Shown here piece after piece: positions 50,701 to 64,000 of a DNA stretch of 64,000 nt (position 1 is the first letter of the stretch; each line of letters begins with the position of its first letter). The stretch comes from Takakia lepidozioides (Eukaryota > Plantae > Bryophyta): NCBI GenBank assembly GCA_030704615.1, contig CM060733.1, forward strand, positions 22,940,001 to 23,004,000, given 5' to 3'. Both the position numbers and the translations under genes were made by a program. The notes beneath the pieces were generated by a model, which saw only the letters and a program-made list of their open reading frames with translations, was not told the DNA's origin and did no database searches.

Positions 50701-51679
50701 ATGTTGGATTTGGCTTGGAAAGAAAGAATTAGTCCTCCGCAGTCATTCGCACATTACTACCAAATCATGCGTATTTGGCTGCCAGTGGCAACTAGGACTA
50801 AAGTTCTCCGAACAATCGACATATTGAAGATCATCACTTTGCACAATACTGGCACGAGGCAGGTACCATGTTGAGGGAATTGTTGCTTTCCAGGTTGTAC
50901 ATGGACTCATTTATACCAAGACCAAGGAGATAGCAAGTATTGTCATGGGGTGCGGGTTATACTACGCTGCTTGTTTTCTGGTACGTTACCACATTGAGCA
51001 ACAAAAGATGCAAACACGCTTTCAAAGTTATTCCAGTGGAGATCATTGGGTATTACCTTCGGTGCCACCTCATATGTACCTATATGACCCAAAAGTTATG
51101 ATGCAAAAGGATTCTCAAATTCGTTCATGGTTTCAAGCGGCTGCAACCATTTGTCAACACAGAAATTCGGCATTGATGACATTTTCTATAAGGGACATGT
51201 GGCATGGAAGTACTTGCACGCTGCACAGAAGTATTGGTACCCCACTCACCTGGACAGACAAGGAGCTCAGTGTCTACACCAATTTTGCTGTTCAGCGGTT
51301 ACACCAAGTTGTAAAATACAAACTTCCAGACATGGTAGGACAGCATTGTATGCCCCAGATGATTCCACAAAAAGTTCGAAAATTAAAACACCTGAGAGGC
51401 GATGAGGATTCTGATACAACTGTTTTCTTCACGAATTCTTTTGACATGGGAGAAGACTATGCAATTCAGATGGCAGAGAAGAAGCGACGGGGGTCTCCTA
51501 TGCCGGAAAGTTACCTCGATATCAGCCTCCAGAGGGCCTCACTTATCCAGGTAGTGATCAACCATCTCCGTCAACCAGAGACAGACCTCGGGCTCGTACA
51601 CACAGTCCGCCACGAAACTCTCAACGTCAAGAAGGTGCTCACTCACAAAGGTTTGCTAGTCGAAATCAGTAAACCGTGA
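47800..51679 (+). pseudogene. Extra 3' ORF of gypsy copy A, fragmented
   Basis: Homologous to 60168-64000. Coiled-coil part in ORFs 48878..50074 and 50096..50512. Ends at 51679, just before the PPT. Confidence 0.8.
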
Positions 51680-51709
51680 GGACACGGCTTTTTGAGGGGG
51701 AAGGGGTAA

Positions 51710-52697
51710 TGTTAGAGGACTGTCGGGGACTTAGACACTTATACGGGATCTGTAGGGTACCCTTAATTTTTGCACAGACTGAGACCAACAGGAGCCTTAG
51801 GGGGTGACAGCAGCGCACTGTAGAGGGGGGTTACACAGTCGTCACAGCCCACACAAGACATCACAGCCAACACAGCCAACACAGCCCGTCACAGTCGTCA
51901 CAGCCGACACAAGCCACACAGCCCGTCACAGTCGACACAGCCGACACACGCGACACAGCAGTCACAGCCCGGCACAGCCACACAGCCGTCACAGCCCGAC
52001 ACAGCCAAACACAGTCGCACAGCCAGTCACAGCCCGTCACAGTTTCACACAGCCAGTCACAGCTTGACACAGCTGTCACGATCATAGGGAACGAAGAGTA
52101 GGACAGGGAACGACTGTGGGGGAACAACACCTGCGAAGGGAACATGTTAGTTCACAGACGACGGTTAGTGAGGGAAACGGTTAGAACCGCGGATAGGAAG
52201 ATAAAAGGGGAAACGGGGAATGAGGGAGATCATTAGAGGAGGACTTCTTGGGTGATAGAGCGAGAGGGATCGGGCAGAGATGGAGAACGAAGTGAAGAGA
52301 TAGAGAGAGGATTAGTAGATGCTTGATATATGCAAAGCTGTAGTGTAATATTGTAGAGCAGATTAGAGACAATGGCTTCGGCCTGATACCTGATAAATCA
52401 TAATCGATACTTTTACGATACAATCACACTGTGTAGAGAGATCTGAGTGAAGCTGTGGAATGAATGGATGAGTTGATGGAATCCAATAGATTGATAAAGC
52501 AAACTGATACTTAATTATCAATGGTAAGATAGCTAACATGAATACCAAAAGGGAAACAAATAGGAAACACCCCATGATACACTAGCTGTAGGTCATGACT
52601 GATTGTTCTGCGCGGGCTGAGTACTTAGAGATTTCCAACTCTTCTATCTTGGAGTTTCCGCCTCGAATAGCGAAGGGATGGGTGAGTAAAAGCGCGC
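51710..52697 (+). repeat. 3' LTR of copy A, possibly shared as the 5' LTR of copy B; runs into the gap
   Basis: Highly similar to 39358-40360 and preceded by the PPT. Confidence 0.92.
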
Positions 52698-53197
52698 NNN
52701 NNNNNNNNNNNNNNNNNNNNNNNNNNNNNNNNNNNNNNNNNNNNNNNNNNNNNNNNNNNNNNNNNNNNNNNNNNNNNNNNNNNNNNNNNNNNNNNNNNNN
52801 NNNNNNNNNNNNNNNNNNNNNNNNNNNNNNNNNNNNNNNNNNNNNNNNNNNNNNNNNNNNNNNNNNNNNNNNNNNNNNNNNNNNNNNNNNNNNNNNNNNN
52901 NNNNNNNNNNNNNNNNNNNNNNNNNNNNNNNNNNNNNNNNNNNNNNNNNNNNNNNNNNNNNNNNNNNNNNNNNNNNNNNNNNNNNNNNNNNNNNNNNNNN
53001 NNNNNNNNNNNNNNNNNNNNNNNNNNNNNNNNNNNNNNNNNNNNNNNNNNNNNNNNNNNNNNNNNNNNNNNNNNNNNNNNNNNNNNNNNNNNNNNNNNNN
53101 NNNNNNNNNNNNNNNNNNNNNNNNNNNNNNNNNNNNNNNNNNNNNNNNNNNNNNNNNNNNNNNNNNNNNNNNNNNNNNNNNNNNNNNNNNNNNNNNN
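52698..53197. other. Assembly gap (500 N)
   Basis: Run of N. Confidence 1.
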
Positions 53198-54176
53198 ATG
53201 AAATAGCAGCCCCCCTGGGAGGAAAGGAAGGTGAATGTTTATACTCATATGCATGAAGAGCTTGTACTGGTAAAGAATTGGATTCCAAAGGTATTCTGTG
53301 GATCAAACTCATCCAAGAACAACTTTCCAGGCTTGTTTGCCATATGGTTATATGGTAACGGAGACTTCTAGTATAGCCAAGGGTGCATTGAAGCTTGAAA
53401 AAAACCAGGGCATATACGAGAGATACTACAGAAGAGAGTTTTGGTTATTGCCACATTAAAGAAATAAAAGACATGGGACATGAGTGATGAAAGAGAAGCT
53501 AGACTCCAGAGATATTCAGCAAAAAGAGAAAGTTATCTGAAAGCTAATTATCCATATCTTTGGGAGGAGGGATAGACATAGGGGAATCATCTGGACCTCT
53601 CACACCATTAAGATCAGAGAGTACATCACCCATACCGGAAGAACTAGAGTTGGATGTCACTCCTTCTTTTTCTTTGCAAGAAAGATTAAGGGAATTGGTA
53701 CGGGAAGAAGATCAACCACGAGGTGAAAGATCTGAGGTACATCCTGGATAAAAGATTTGACAGAAATCTTTGATAAGAGTTGGCATGGAACACCAAAAGC
53801 AGGAACTCCAGTTTCTGAAACGGAAAGATGAAGAAGGAGGAGAGGATGTGGCAGAGCCAACGGAGAGTTCAGACTCTCCAACACCATTGCAGTTGAGTTA
53901 CATGAGTGAAGAAGAAAACCAAGGGCAGAACTTGGAGGATGAAAACAGAGAGAAGAAATTGGAAGAGGAAGAGTATGAAGAAGTAGAACCAACAGCTGAG
54001 GTTGAGACTACAACCAGGACATCCCAACCCGTTGGGACCTGGATCAAGTGGAGCACTTGGATCACAGGCCAACGAAGGTGTCGGCTCAGGGGGATCAGGC
54101 GGGCTGCCTGGATCTGGCTCTGGGGGGACAGGGAGTGTGGGAAGTAGTGCAACTGGAGCTGGGAATACTGTGAATT

Positions 54177-57100
54177 GTGGGGGCCAGTAGCAGGGAGTGC
54201 TCAGGGCCACCACTGGGTGGAAGATCCACAACTACAACAGGTCCTCAAGGACCAGCACCAGCAAGGGTACCAGCATTTGTCAATGGGCAGAGGGTAGGGC
54301 CACAGATGGCGTTACAACCAACACGGGCAAAACCACCTTTTCCAATATATTCAGGAAAAGGGGATCCCGATGTACACATTAGCCAATTTGAGCACATGTG
54401 TATATTGAACAATGAGAATGGCGATGATGCCAAGATGAGACTGTTTCCTTGTTCACTTATCAAGAAAGCAAGTGAATGGTATGCAAGATTCCCTGATAAT
54501 CATTTCCTAACCTGGAATGGCTTGAATACAACATTCCGAAATAGGTTCAGGACAAGTAAAACTGAGGATGAAGTGTATGGAAGTTTACAACAGTTAAAGC
54601 AAAAGAAGCATGAAACTGTTGAGGAGTATATGGAAAAGATGGAATTGATGATGAAAAAGCTGGCTGCTGTACCAGCACCAGGTTTACAGAAGACTTGGTT
54701 TGTGAGTGGACTAAGACCAGAGTTGCAAAAGAAAGTGGATATGTTACCCCATAATACAGTGGAGGAGGCATTTGAAACAGCGAACAGAATTGAGCAATTG
54801 GGAATGCTCAGGAGAGAGAAAAGGGATGATGAGGACTCTGAGGATGAGTCAGATGAGGAAGAAGAGCAAGAGCTGAAAAGGAGAGTAAGAGAAAGGAGAA
54901 GTTGAAGAGGGATAACTATGAGAAAAGATTAGAAGAAATCTTGAAGAAGTATGCCACAGAGGCTGCAACACATTGGAGGAAGGGTGTTTGGTGTGCAAAG
55001 TGCCAGAATGAAGGCCATACCACCACTGAATGCCACATGAAGGAGAAACACTGTACTATCTGTAAAATGGATAACCATTCTACTGAGAATTGTTACTACA
55101 ACAGAAGGACAGCAGCTAGAGAACCTAGGCAAGTAAGGGTGCATCAAGTGCAGCCCCAGCCAAGAAGAAACAGTGATCAGGACCACTATGGTAGGCCTGG
55201 TGGTTATAACAATGGCATGGAAGGGAGAGGTAATTCAAGAGGGAATTACCAAGGAAATTCCAGAGGCAACTATCAGGGTAATCCAAGGGGGAATTACCAG
55301 CCAGGGAATCAGGATTACAGAATAAATCCTAGAGCAGACCAAGGGCGAGGACCAATGGTGAAGAACTGTGTTACTATTGTAATCAGGCAGGACATCGCAA
55401 GGCAGCCTGTTCATTCTGGATTAGACACCAGAATGAGATGAGAGCTCCTGTGAATGAGGGCCCAGTGGTGGCAGCTCACATGGTTAGGCCATGTGTTGTA
55501 CCAGAAGTAAGTACAATGATAGTAACGAGAAGCAAAGCCAAACTAATACCTCCAGTAGTTGAGGAAGATGATGATAATGAAGATGGCAGTGATGTGCCTG
55601 AAGATGATGAGGCTTGGAGAGATGAGAAAGAACTGCACAAAGAAGTGGCAGATACCATAAGGGAAATGCAGAAGAGTACTGATATTCCTATGGCAGATTC
55701 CTCTGATTCTGATGGAGAAGAAGAAGTGAGTGAGGATGAAAGGAAGAAAGAAGCTGCAGAATGCAGAGTAATGAAGGGACTTTGGCTGAAGTAATATGCC
55801 AGACCAAAGCAGAGATTATATTGGACAGCTATTGGCTGTGGCACCTTATTGTAGACACAGGCTGTATCAAGCAATCAATCGAATTGCCCATGTGACAGGA
55901 ACACAGACCTGAACAGCAAGGTGACCAGTTATAATGTGAAGCCGGAAGGGCGAGAAGAACAGTCATGGACTTTGATGATTCTATGCCAGTAATCCAATTG
56001 AGAATTGGAAGCACAGAACTAACTGATGTACTGATAGATGGAGGCTCTGGAGTGAATATCATGACAGACCAATTAAGGCAGAAGCTTGGTCTAAGTAACA
56101 TGAAACCAGCCCCATTTAGTAACAATGGCAGATCAAAGAAGTGTACAGCCATTGGGATTGATAAGAGGAGTTAAGATACAGATTCAAAAGATGATCTTTA
56201 TGATCACAGTAACTGTGTTAAAATGGATGAAGTCATGGAAGCTTACTCCTTATTGTTGGGACGTCCGTGGCTGAAACAGGCCAGGGTATTCCATGACTGG
56301 AATTCCCACTGTGCATAATGGGATGCACAAGATACAAATTACCACTAAGAAATCTAGTAGATTACCTGCTACGAGAAGACCTCGAGGGGTCAGGGAGTAT
56401 GACTGGAGGGGAGGACTGGATGAGGAGCAGGAAGCTACCCTGTTCGCTGCACACCCAGAGTGGGAGCAGGTTGCAGAGATGCAGCTGGAAGGCCTAAGTT
56501 GTTTAAAAGGTATCTGCTGTGGTGTAGTGACAGCAACACCAATTGAAGGTGAAATAAGCAGTTACCCACCACATTTTTATGAAGAAAGAGAAGGAGAAAT
56601 GGAAATCCTAGAGGAACCAGCCACTGTGAGTTTACAGGATGAAGTGGTGACTGGTTGGACAATCACAGCTGATGAGCAGGTGAGAGAAGTGAATGTGGGA
56701 ACTGAAGAGGAACCGAGGATGGTGAAGGTAGGGGCTGATTTGGAGCCAGAATTCTTTGAGGAAGCTAAGAGTTTGTTCATCAAATACAGAGATGTATTTG
56801 CTTGGAGCTACGAGGATCTAAAAGGAATACCACCTGAGATCTGTCAGCATAAGATTGAACTGGAACCAGGGTCAGTACCAATCAAACAGCAAGGTACAGA
56901 ATGAATCCCAACTATGCACAGAAGGTTGGAGAAGAGATCAAGAAGTTGGCTGAGGCTAAGTTTATATACCCGATAGAGTATACAACTTGGTTGTCACCCA
57001 TTGTGATAGTTCCCAAGAAGAATGGTAAACTGAGAGTTTGTGTGAACTATAAGAAGTTGAATGCTTGCACGAAGAAAGATCTTTTCCCTTTGCCATTCAC

Positions 57101-59465
57101 AGAAGCGGTATTGGACACTGTGGCAGGCCATGAGATGTACTCATTCATGGATGGCTTCAGTGGTTATAATCAAGTGCAAGTGGCAGAAGAAGACCAGGGA
57201 AAGACAGCTTTCATCACAGACTGGGGTGCTTATGCATACAAAGTCATGCCTTTTGGACTTTGTAATGCACCAGCAACCTTTCAGAGAGTGATAAGTGAAT
57301 CTTTTCATGAGTATCTGGATGATTTCATGCAGGTGTTCTTGGATGATTTCAGTGTGTACAGCTCTAAGAATGAGCACTTGCATAAATTGGAGTTATGTTT
57401 GGCCAGATGCAGAATGAGAGGTCTGGGCCTGAATCCAGAGAAGTGTACTTTCTGTGTGAACTCAGGGGTGCTTCTGGGACACATTGTGTGTAAGAGGGGA
57501 CTTCTTGTGGATCCCAGGAAGACAGAGGCCATTAAAGCCTCACCACCACCAGTAAATGTTAAGAGTCTAAGGAGATTCCTTGGACAAACCAGTTATTACA
57601 GAAGATTTGTCAAAAGGTATGCACAGATAGCAGCACCATTGAGCAAGCTTCTGAAGAAAGATGCAGTGTTTGCATGGACAGCTGAATGTCAACAGGCTTT
57701 TGAGGAACTTACATTGTCAGTAACAACTACACCTGTGCTGATTAACCCTCACTGGCATGTAGTATTTCATGTTCACTGTGATGCCTCAGGAGAAGCGTTG
57801 GGAGCGGTGTGTTAGCCCAAAATGTTACAGGAAATATAGATTCACCTGTGTACTATGCTAGCAGGTTGATGAACAGTGCTGAAAGGAACTATAGCACAAC
57901 TGAAAGAGAAGCACTGACAATGATTTATGCAGTCAAGAAATTCAGGCATTACCTATTGGGAAGAAAGTTTATGTTTTATGTGGATCACCAGGCTCTGATA
58001 TATCTGGTGAACAAACCTTTGATAAGTGGAAGGATAGCGAGGTGGTTAATAATCTTGCACGAGTTTGAGTTCGAAGTTGTTTACAAGCCTGGCCGTTTGC
58101 ATCTTGTGGCAGATCATTTGTCACGCCTAACAACAGGAGAGGCCGCCACAGGAGTAGACGACCAATTACCTGATGCGAGTTTATTTGCAATGGAGGTGCA
58201 AGGAAGTGCAGATGAATGGTTAGATTGGCAGTGGCCAATCAGATACTACCTTACTCATGGTCAGTGCCCACCTAGTTATGGTAAGGAGCAGAGGAAGAGA
58301 ATCGCTATCAAGGCTTTACCTTATACTATGGTAGGGGCAGAATGTATAAGCTAGGACCTGATGGAGTACTTAAACGATGCTTGTACCACCATGAAGTAAA
58401 TAAAGTTTTGGAGGAAGTTCATAAAGGAGTGGCTGGAGGTCATTTTGGAGAAGAGACTACCAGTAGGAAGATACTACTTGCAGGTTACTGGTGGCCTACT
58501 TTGTTCAAAGATGTACACAAGTATTGTCAGAGTTGTGATGAATGTCAGAGGCTAGGACCTTTGCAGAGATCTGGGAAGATGGCTTTGCATCCTACAATGC
58601 CTACTGAACCATTTCAGAAATGGGGACTAGACTTTGTTGGACCAATTAACCCACCGGCCAAGAATACACAGAACAAGTACATAATTACAGCCACTGATTA
58701 TACTACGAAGTGGGTGGAAGCTAAAGCTTTGAGGGACAACACAGCCAAGTCCACAGCAAGGTTCCTGTATGAGAACATACTTACACGATTTGGCTGTCCC
58801 TTGGAATTTATCAGTGATCAGGGAAGTCACTTCATTAATGAGACCATTGAACTATTGACTAAAGAGTTCATGATTGTGCATAGGAAGAGTACAACGTATT
58901 ACCCACAAGGTAATGGGCAGGCAGAGGCTACCAACAAAATACTATGTACTATCTTGGCTAAGATAGTCAATGCAAACAGAACGGATTGGGATACAAAGCT
59001 GCTGACAGCTTTGTGGTCATACAGGACTTCATATAAAGTCACCACTAAGTATACACCATTCCAATTAGTTTATGGTATGGAAGCTTTACTTCCAGTGGAA
59101 TTCTTGTTACCTACCATGAGAACGGAATGGGGAAAGAGAATGGAATTGCAAGATTCAATTAAGGTCAGGAAACATGAATTATACCATGTGGAAGAAGTAC
59201 GTGCTGATGCAGCTGATAACATGACCAGAATTCAGATGAAGAGGAAGGAACAGTTTGATGAAGGCAAATAAAACTTTTAAGACGGGAGATTTGGTTCTCT
59301 GGTTGCAGAAGAAGGGGAAGATTAAAGCTTCTAAGCTTAAATCACCATGGAAAGGACCTTATGTCATACAGAAGATGTATGATAACAACACAGCCATGTT
59401 ACAAACCATTAACAAAGAGATGCTGGGAAGAGTCAATGCCAATAAGTTGAAGGGGTACAGTGGTA
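54177..59465 (+). pseudogene. gag-pol of gypsy copy B, with several frameshifts
   Basis: gag 54177-55441; PR LIDGGSGVNIM; RT 56901..57815; RH 57809..58354; INT 58342..59271 (GGHFG, WGLDFVGP, SDQGSHF, PQGNGQAE); GPY motif in 59255..60004. Confidence 0.95.
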
Positions 59466-59599
59466 TCCATGACAAACCATTGCAGCACGATTTGCATGTT
59501 GAAACGCAGAAGCAGTCACGGGCTGCGCCAGTGATACCAACGGAGTATGGAGCACTTGTCGCTAAGCCGAGCGTATATGACCAGGGCGGGCAGTACAAG

Positions 59600-59793
59600 T
59601 GTGGCACAGCCTATCACAGCCCATCACAGTGTGGCACAGCCTATCACAGCCCATCACGGTGTCACACAGCCTATCACAGCCCATCACAGTGTCACACAGC
59701 CTATCACAGCCCAACACAACGTGACACAGCCTATCACAACCTACCACAGCGTGTCACAGCCTATCACAGCGTACCACAGTATGACACAGCCTA
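59600..59793 (+). repeat. 30-bp tandem repeat built of three 10-bp CACAG subunits (copy B)
   Basis: GTGGCACAGC CTATCACAGC CCATCACAGT, about 6 units. Confidence 0.92.
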
Positions 59794-60167
59794 CCAGGGA
59801 TACACAGTCCATAGGATCAGTGACAGGTGGACGTGGGTTAACATCCGGAGAGTGGCCGGCGGAAAAGTGGACGGAGGCAAGTTTAAAAATGGACACGTGG
59901 ACGCCAGGGCGAGACACACAGCCGGGCATGAATGGCAACCACGGGTGTCATCAAGAAAGAAGACAAAATTGGCCGTCAAAGTACCTACCCGGTACAGCAA
60001 CTAATTGTGGGCCCATTAATGCATTCAGTGCCAGGGTAACGGAACCCTTTTCAAGTTCAGAAAAAGGAAACCAATGCCACATGTGCTATCCTAGTGGACA
60101 GTCCAGGGGGGAAAATCCACGGAAGGGAATTAAATTACAAAACCAATCACAGAGTCAACAGCCAATC

Positions 60168-63100
60168 ATGAGCCAGAATTACCTGCACAGGGTATTTTCC
60201 AAGAAGCAAAATCAAGAATTTAGAGGGATTCTGAGCGCAAGAGTCGGCGTCGTTCCAAGTAACGGGCGTCTCGACGGGAGAGACAATCAAAGCTATAGCT
60301 TTGACGCTATGGCGGAAATAACAGACTACACACTCGCATTACTACTTACGCAGTGGCACAAGGACGGACGAGCGGAGAGTATTTTTTCTCTAAATCGATA
60401 CTTGCAAGCCCCACAGGCTTACAAGCACTTACCCATTTCATTCTGCGCCAACCATACTTTTATGTTTTGTGCCCTGCAGGCGTTTCTTCAGTTGTTGCAA
60501 CCAAAACCTTTCTGTTTGTCTAGAATGAAGAGAGTGAGAGGAATGGAGGATATCAGGGTGAAGAGCACCACAATCTTACAGAAGCAAACGATTGCTGCAC
60601 CACAGGCGGTGCAGCTACTGAAGGAGCTGCGATTGGAAGGATTGCTACGCAAGGACTGGTCCTTGCATCATCGGCAGTTCATGATACAATTTCTTCAGAA
60701 CTTTGAGCCTCGGACAGGACTTACTCAGGTGAGGGGAGTAGATATAGAAATTACTCCCCAGTACCTGCAGCAATTGTTTGATTTGCCATCAGGACATGTG
60801 GATGTGGATGAGCACAGGGCAAGATTGCAGATAGGGAATTTGTTCCAAGAAGGGAGTTTCTTTAAAACTCAAGGTTTTGCTTGTACCAAAGCCGAGTACC
60901 CAGGGCTTAGAGAAGTTGGCCAAATCTTGAACGTTCTGTTTGCCATGAAACAGAACCAACAGTATTTGAGCAGGTCATTCACAGAGGAGATCCTGAAAGC
61001 TTTAAGGGGAGATGATGTCGCTTGGGCGGAGTTAATGTACAACGGATTGGTGGACGAGATGAAGAGGTTACAAGGCACTGCTGCTAAGTCTCCGATCATT
61101 GTGTCCGGTCCAATCATTGCTCAAATAATTCTTGATTCTTGCATACTTGATACTTGGGAAAAAAATGAGATGGGAGTGTTTGAGGCAGAAACCACTGCAA
61201 TTGAAGAGCAAGGCTCTTCACACAGTGAGGGTGGACTGGCAGTGCAACACCAGTCTAAGAGACAGAGGCGGGGTAAGACTGTAGTGGCGGATCCACTAGC
61301 TTCACGGAAACCGCATGATAATGTTTCCCAAGCTCTTGTGTAGGAAGGGGCACAGCAGCACAGAGAGCTGCTACTATTGGAAGCAGGGCCTTCAGAGAGG
61401 GCAGAGGAAATCACTTCGATACCACAGCCACCACAACCAATTGACTCTGTTGTTTTGGAGGTTCCATAACTAGTATATGCTGTGGCATCACCACCAATTG
61501 CTCAGGAAGGAGAAAGGTTGGACATTCCCACTACAGAGCAGGTCGTGGCCGAAATTGAGAAGGGTGACCTTCTCTATGAAAACTCTGGCTTGGTAAGGGA
61601 ATCAGTGATTCCAGAGGTGCAGAGGTTGTCCAGGGAAAACCCTGCTGTGCATGTAATATCCACACCTGTGACGGAGGTACCAGGGCTAGAATATCAAGAC
61701 ACTGCAGCACCTGTGGCGGATGAGGTGGTGCAGGAAGAAAATCTGGTGGGGCAATGGCCTGAATGGTTCGTGAGGCATCACACTGTTGAGGATCAGGGAG
61801 AATAGCAGCAAGCTCACCATGATGACCCTCAACAGGCCATGCTTATGAGTTCCATAAGCAGAACACTTAATTTGTTGGGCACTTATGTGAAATCCCATGT
61901 TCCATCTCCCCAATTGGCAGCTTTGAGGGAGGAACTCCGGAAGGAGTTTGAGGCTCAACTTGCCACTGAGTGTGCAAACAAGGTCGATGAGGAGGTCACT
62001 CTCAAGTTACAACAAGAGTTAGAAGATACAAAAGCTGCTTTGCAGTTGGCCAATGAACATTTGATTGAAGCAGGCCTCGCGTAGGACCAGTTGCACGAAG
62101 CATATAAGCAACAGCTATACCAAATGCAGGTGAAGCATGAGAGCAAGTTGCAAGAAGTGAATGCACTACATACGGAGTTGCGGACAGTACATGATAGGAT
62201 GGCCATACAATGTACTACACTCACAACTACTCTTCAGCAAACTACATTAGAAGTTAACAGACAAGGGGAGCTATTAATGAAGGCAGAGGCAGAGAATGTC
62301 GAGCACGCAAAACTCATTATTGATATGAAGAATACAATCTGTCGCAATGAGAATACTTTCAAGCAATACAGGCAGGTTGAAGCTGACCAAGAGAGGTACA
62401 TCCTGGAATTGCAACAAACAATCATGGTGAATAGAAATGAATTCTCTGTGGCTAACAAGGCTCGGAAGGAAGCCAATAATCTGGCTGCTGCCTATGCGAG
62501 TTTGGTTGAACCTCATGCGAAGCGCATGGAGACTTTACAGCAGCAATTAGATGTGTACAGGCTCACAGAGGAGCAGACTCTTAGGGGTGTCACACACAAC
62601 TTGGTGGATAACCACCTTATGTAGGTCTGGTTAGCACAAGGGCCGGTGGAAGGCAAAGCACCACGGAAGCTCACCCAAGGCGAGATGAATGAGCTCAGAC
62701 TGCAGGTGCAGAACATTGCCACAACTACTATAGACAATGTCTATAGTAGGATAGCGGAGCTACAGGAGGATGTAGATGGCCTGCAGACTCAGGTGGAGAA
62801 CCTGACTTCAAATATTAATAAGAGAGTCTTTGTACCTGAGGAGCAGCTGATGACTACTTATTTACAAGCCAGAACTCTAATTTTTCAGTCTTCTTCGCAA
62901 GGGGTGCAGGAGATGCCAGTGGTGGAAGGGCCAGTATTACCAATACCACAACAAATGACTGTGCCGGTAGCTGACCCTGTTGTTACAACAGCCACACCAC
63001 AGCCGCCACAGCCTGAGGTATGGGGGGATGCTGCTTTTAACCCACCTAGGACTCCTGCTGCACGGGAGTACAGTCGGGCTATGATTATGTCCTTCAACCA

Positions 63101-63854
63101 AATTCCCATTGTGTTGGATTTGGCTTGGAAGGAATTTAGTCCTCCGCAATCGTTGGCACATTACTACCAGATCATGCGCATTTGGCTGCCAGTGGCAACT
63201 AGGACTAAGGTTCTTCCGAACAATCGACCCATTGAGGATCATCACTTTGCGAGGTACTGGCATGAAGCAAGTACCATGTTGAAGGAATTAATTGCCTTCC
63301 AGGTTGTACATGGGTACATTTATACCAAGACCAAGGAGGTAGCAAGTATTGTCATGGGCTGCGGGTTATACTATGCTGCTTGTTTTCTGGCACGTTATCA
63401 CATTGAGCAGCAGAAGATGCAATCGCGATTTTTGAGTTATTCCAGTGGGGATCATTGGGTCTTACCTTCAGTGCCACCTCATATGTACCTATATGATGCA
63501 AAGGTTATGATGCAAAAGGATTCCCAACTTCGTTCATGGTTTCATTCGGCTTGGAACAATTTGACAACACAGAAATTTGGCCCTGACGATATTTTCTTTA
63601 AGGGCCATGAGGCATGGAAATACTTGCACTGTTCCCAAGTCATTGGCACACCACTCACCTATACGGACAAGGAGTTCAGGGTGTTCACCAATTTTTCCAT
63701 TAAGAGCTTACAGCAGGTTGTACAGTGTAAACTTCCAGACATGGTGAGACCACATTGTATGCCCCAACGGATTCCAGTTAGAGTTCAACCGTTAAAACAC
63801 CTGAGGGGCGACGAAGACTCTGATTCTACATGTTTCTTCAGCGAACTCTTTTGA
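60168..63854 (+). pseudogene. Extra 3' ORF of gypsy copy B (>1200 codons, interrupted by TAGs): plant-transposon (Athila-type accessory) domain, coiled coil and unknown C-terminal domain
   Basis: IQFLQNFEP....QVRGVDIEITPQYLQQLFDLP resembles the V.EFYAN...VRG..I..T...I...L.LP accessory motif. One frame continues through stops at 61341, 61803, 62082 and 62622. Confidence 0.75.
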
Positions 63855-64000
63855 CATGGCAGAGGACTACGCAATTCAGATGACAGAGAAGAAACGATGG
63901 GGATCTCCTATGCCTGAGAGGTTACCACGATATCAGCCAAAGGAGGGACTGACATTTCCAGGTAGTGTTCAATCATCTCCGTCAACCAGTGACAGGACTC

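Larger units (their letters stand above)
39358..52697 (+). mobile_element. Full-length non-chromovirus Ty3/gypsy retrotransposon (copy A) with an extra 3' ORF
   Basis: LTR, PBS, gag, PR, RT, RH, INT, extra ORF, PPT (GAGGGGGAAGGGG at ~51694-51706) and LTR. Confidence 0.93.
53198..64000 (+). mobile_element. Internal region of the second gypsy copy (B), continuing beyond the window
   Basis: Collinear with 40710-51590. Confidence 0.93.

Noticed and set aside
52595-53312. Long ORFs spanning the N run
   Set aside because: Artefacts of the assembly gap.

Overview
Transposon-dense nuclear DNA from a land plant, probably non-seed (inferred from spliceosomal introns, PLS-type PPR fragments, OSB/PDF motifs and a PHD-bearing gypsy element). 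I found no intact host gene, RNA gene or CRISPR array. In order, the window holds: two decayed Ty1/copia elements (1-5.2 kb); a complete non-autonomous Pack-CACTA with a GAT TSD carrying OSB-like and PPR fragments (5249-9890) and an inverted partial copy of it (17081-~19170); a PHD-finger Ty3/gypsy remnant; a truncated CACTA transposase element containing a 5'-truncated LINE; and two tandem copies of a large Ty3/gypsy element with an extra 3' ORF (39358-64000, 500-N gap at 52698-53197). The main finding is a Mutator-like (MULE) element at 26582->39357, with a partial inverted copy at ~9891-14750. It pairs a GCM/WRKY-DDE-SWIM transposase with a divergent 9-exon gene of ~1330 aa that fuses a ParB/Srx-like domain to a beta-class N6-adenine/N4-cytosine DNA-methyltransferase-like domain. 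It also carries a small orphan ORF family and dozens of copies of the palindrome AATTTCGGCGCCGAAATT phased at ~63 bp. All domain calls are by-eye motif recognition; no database searches were run.
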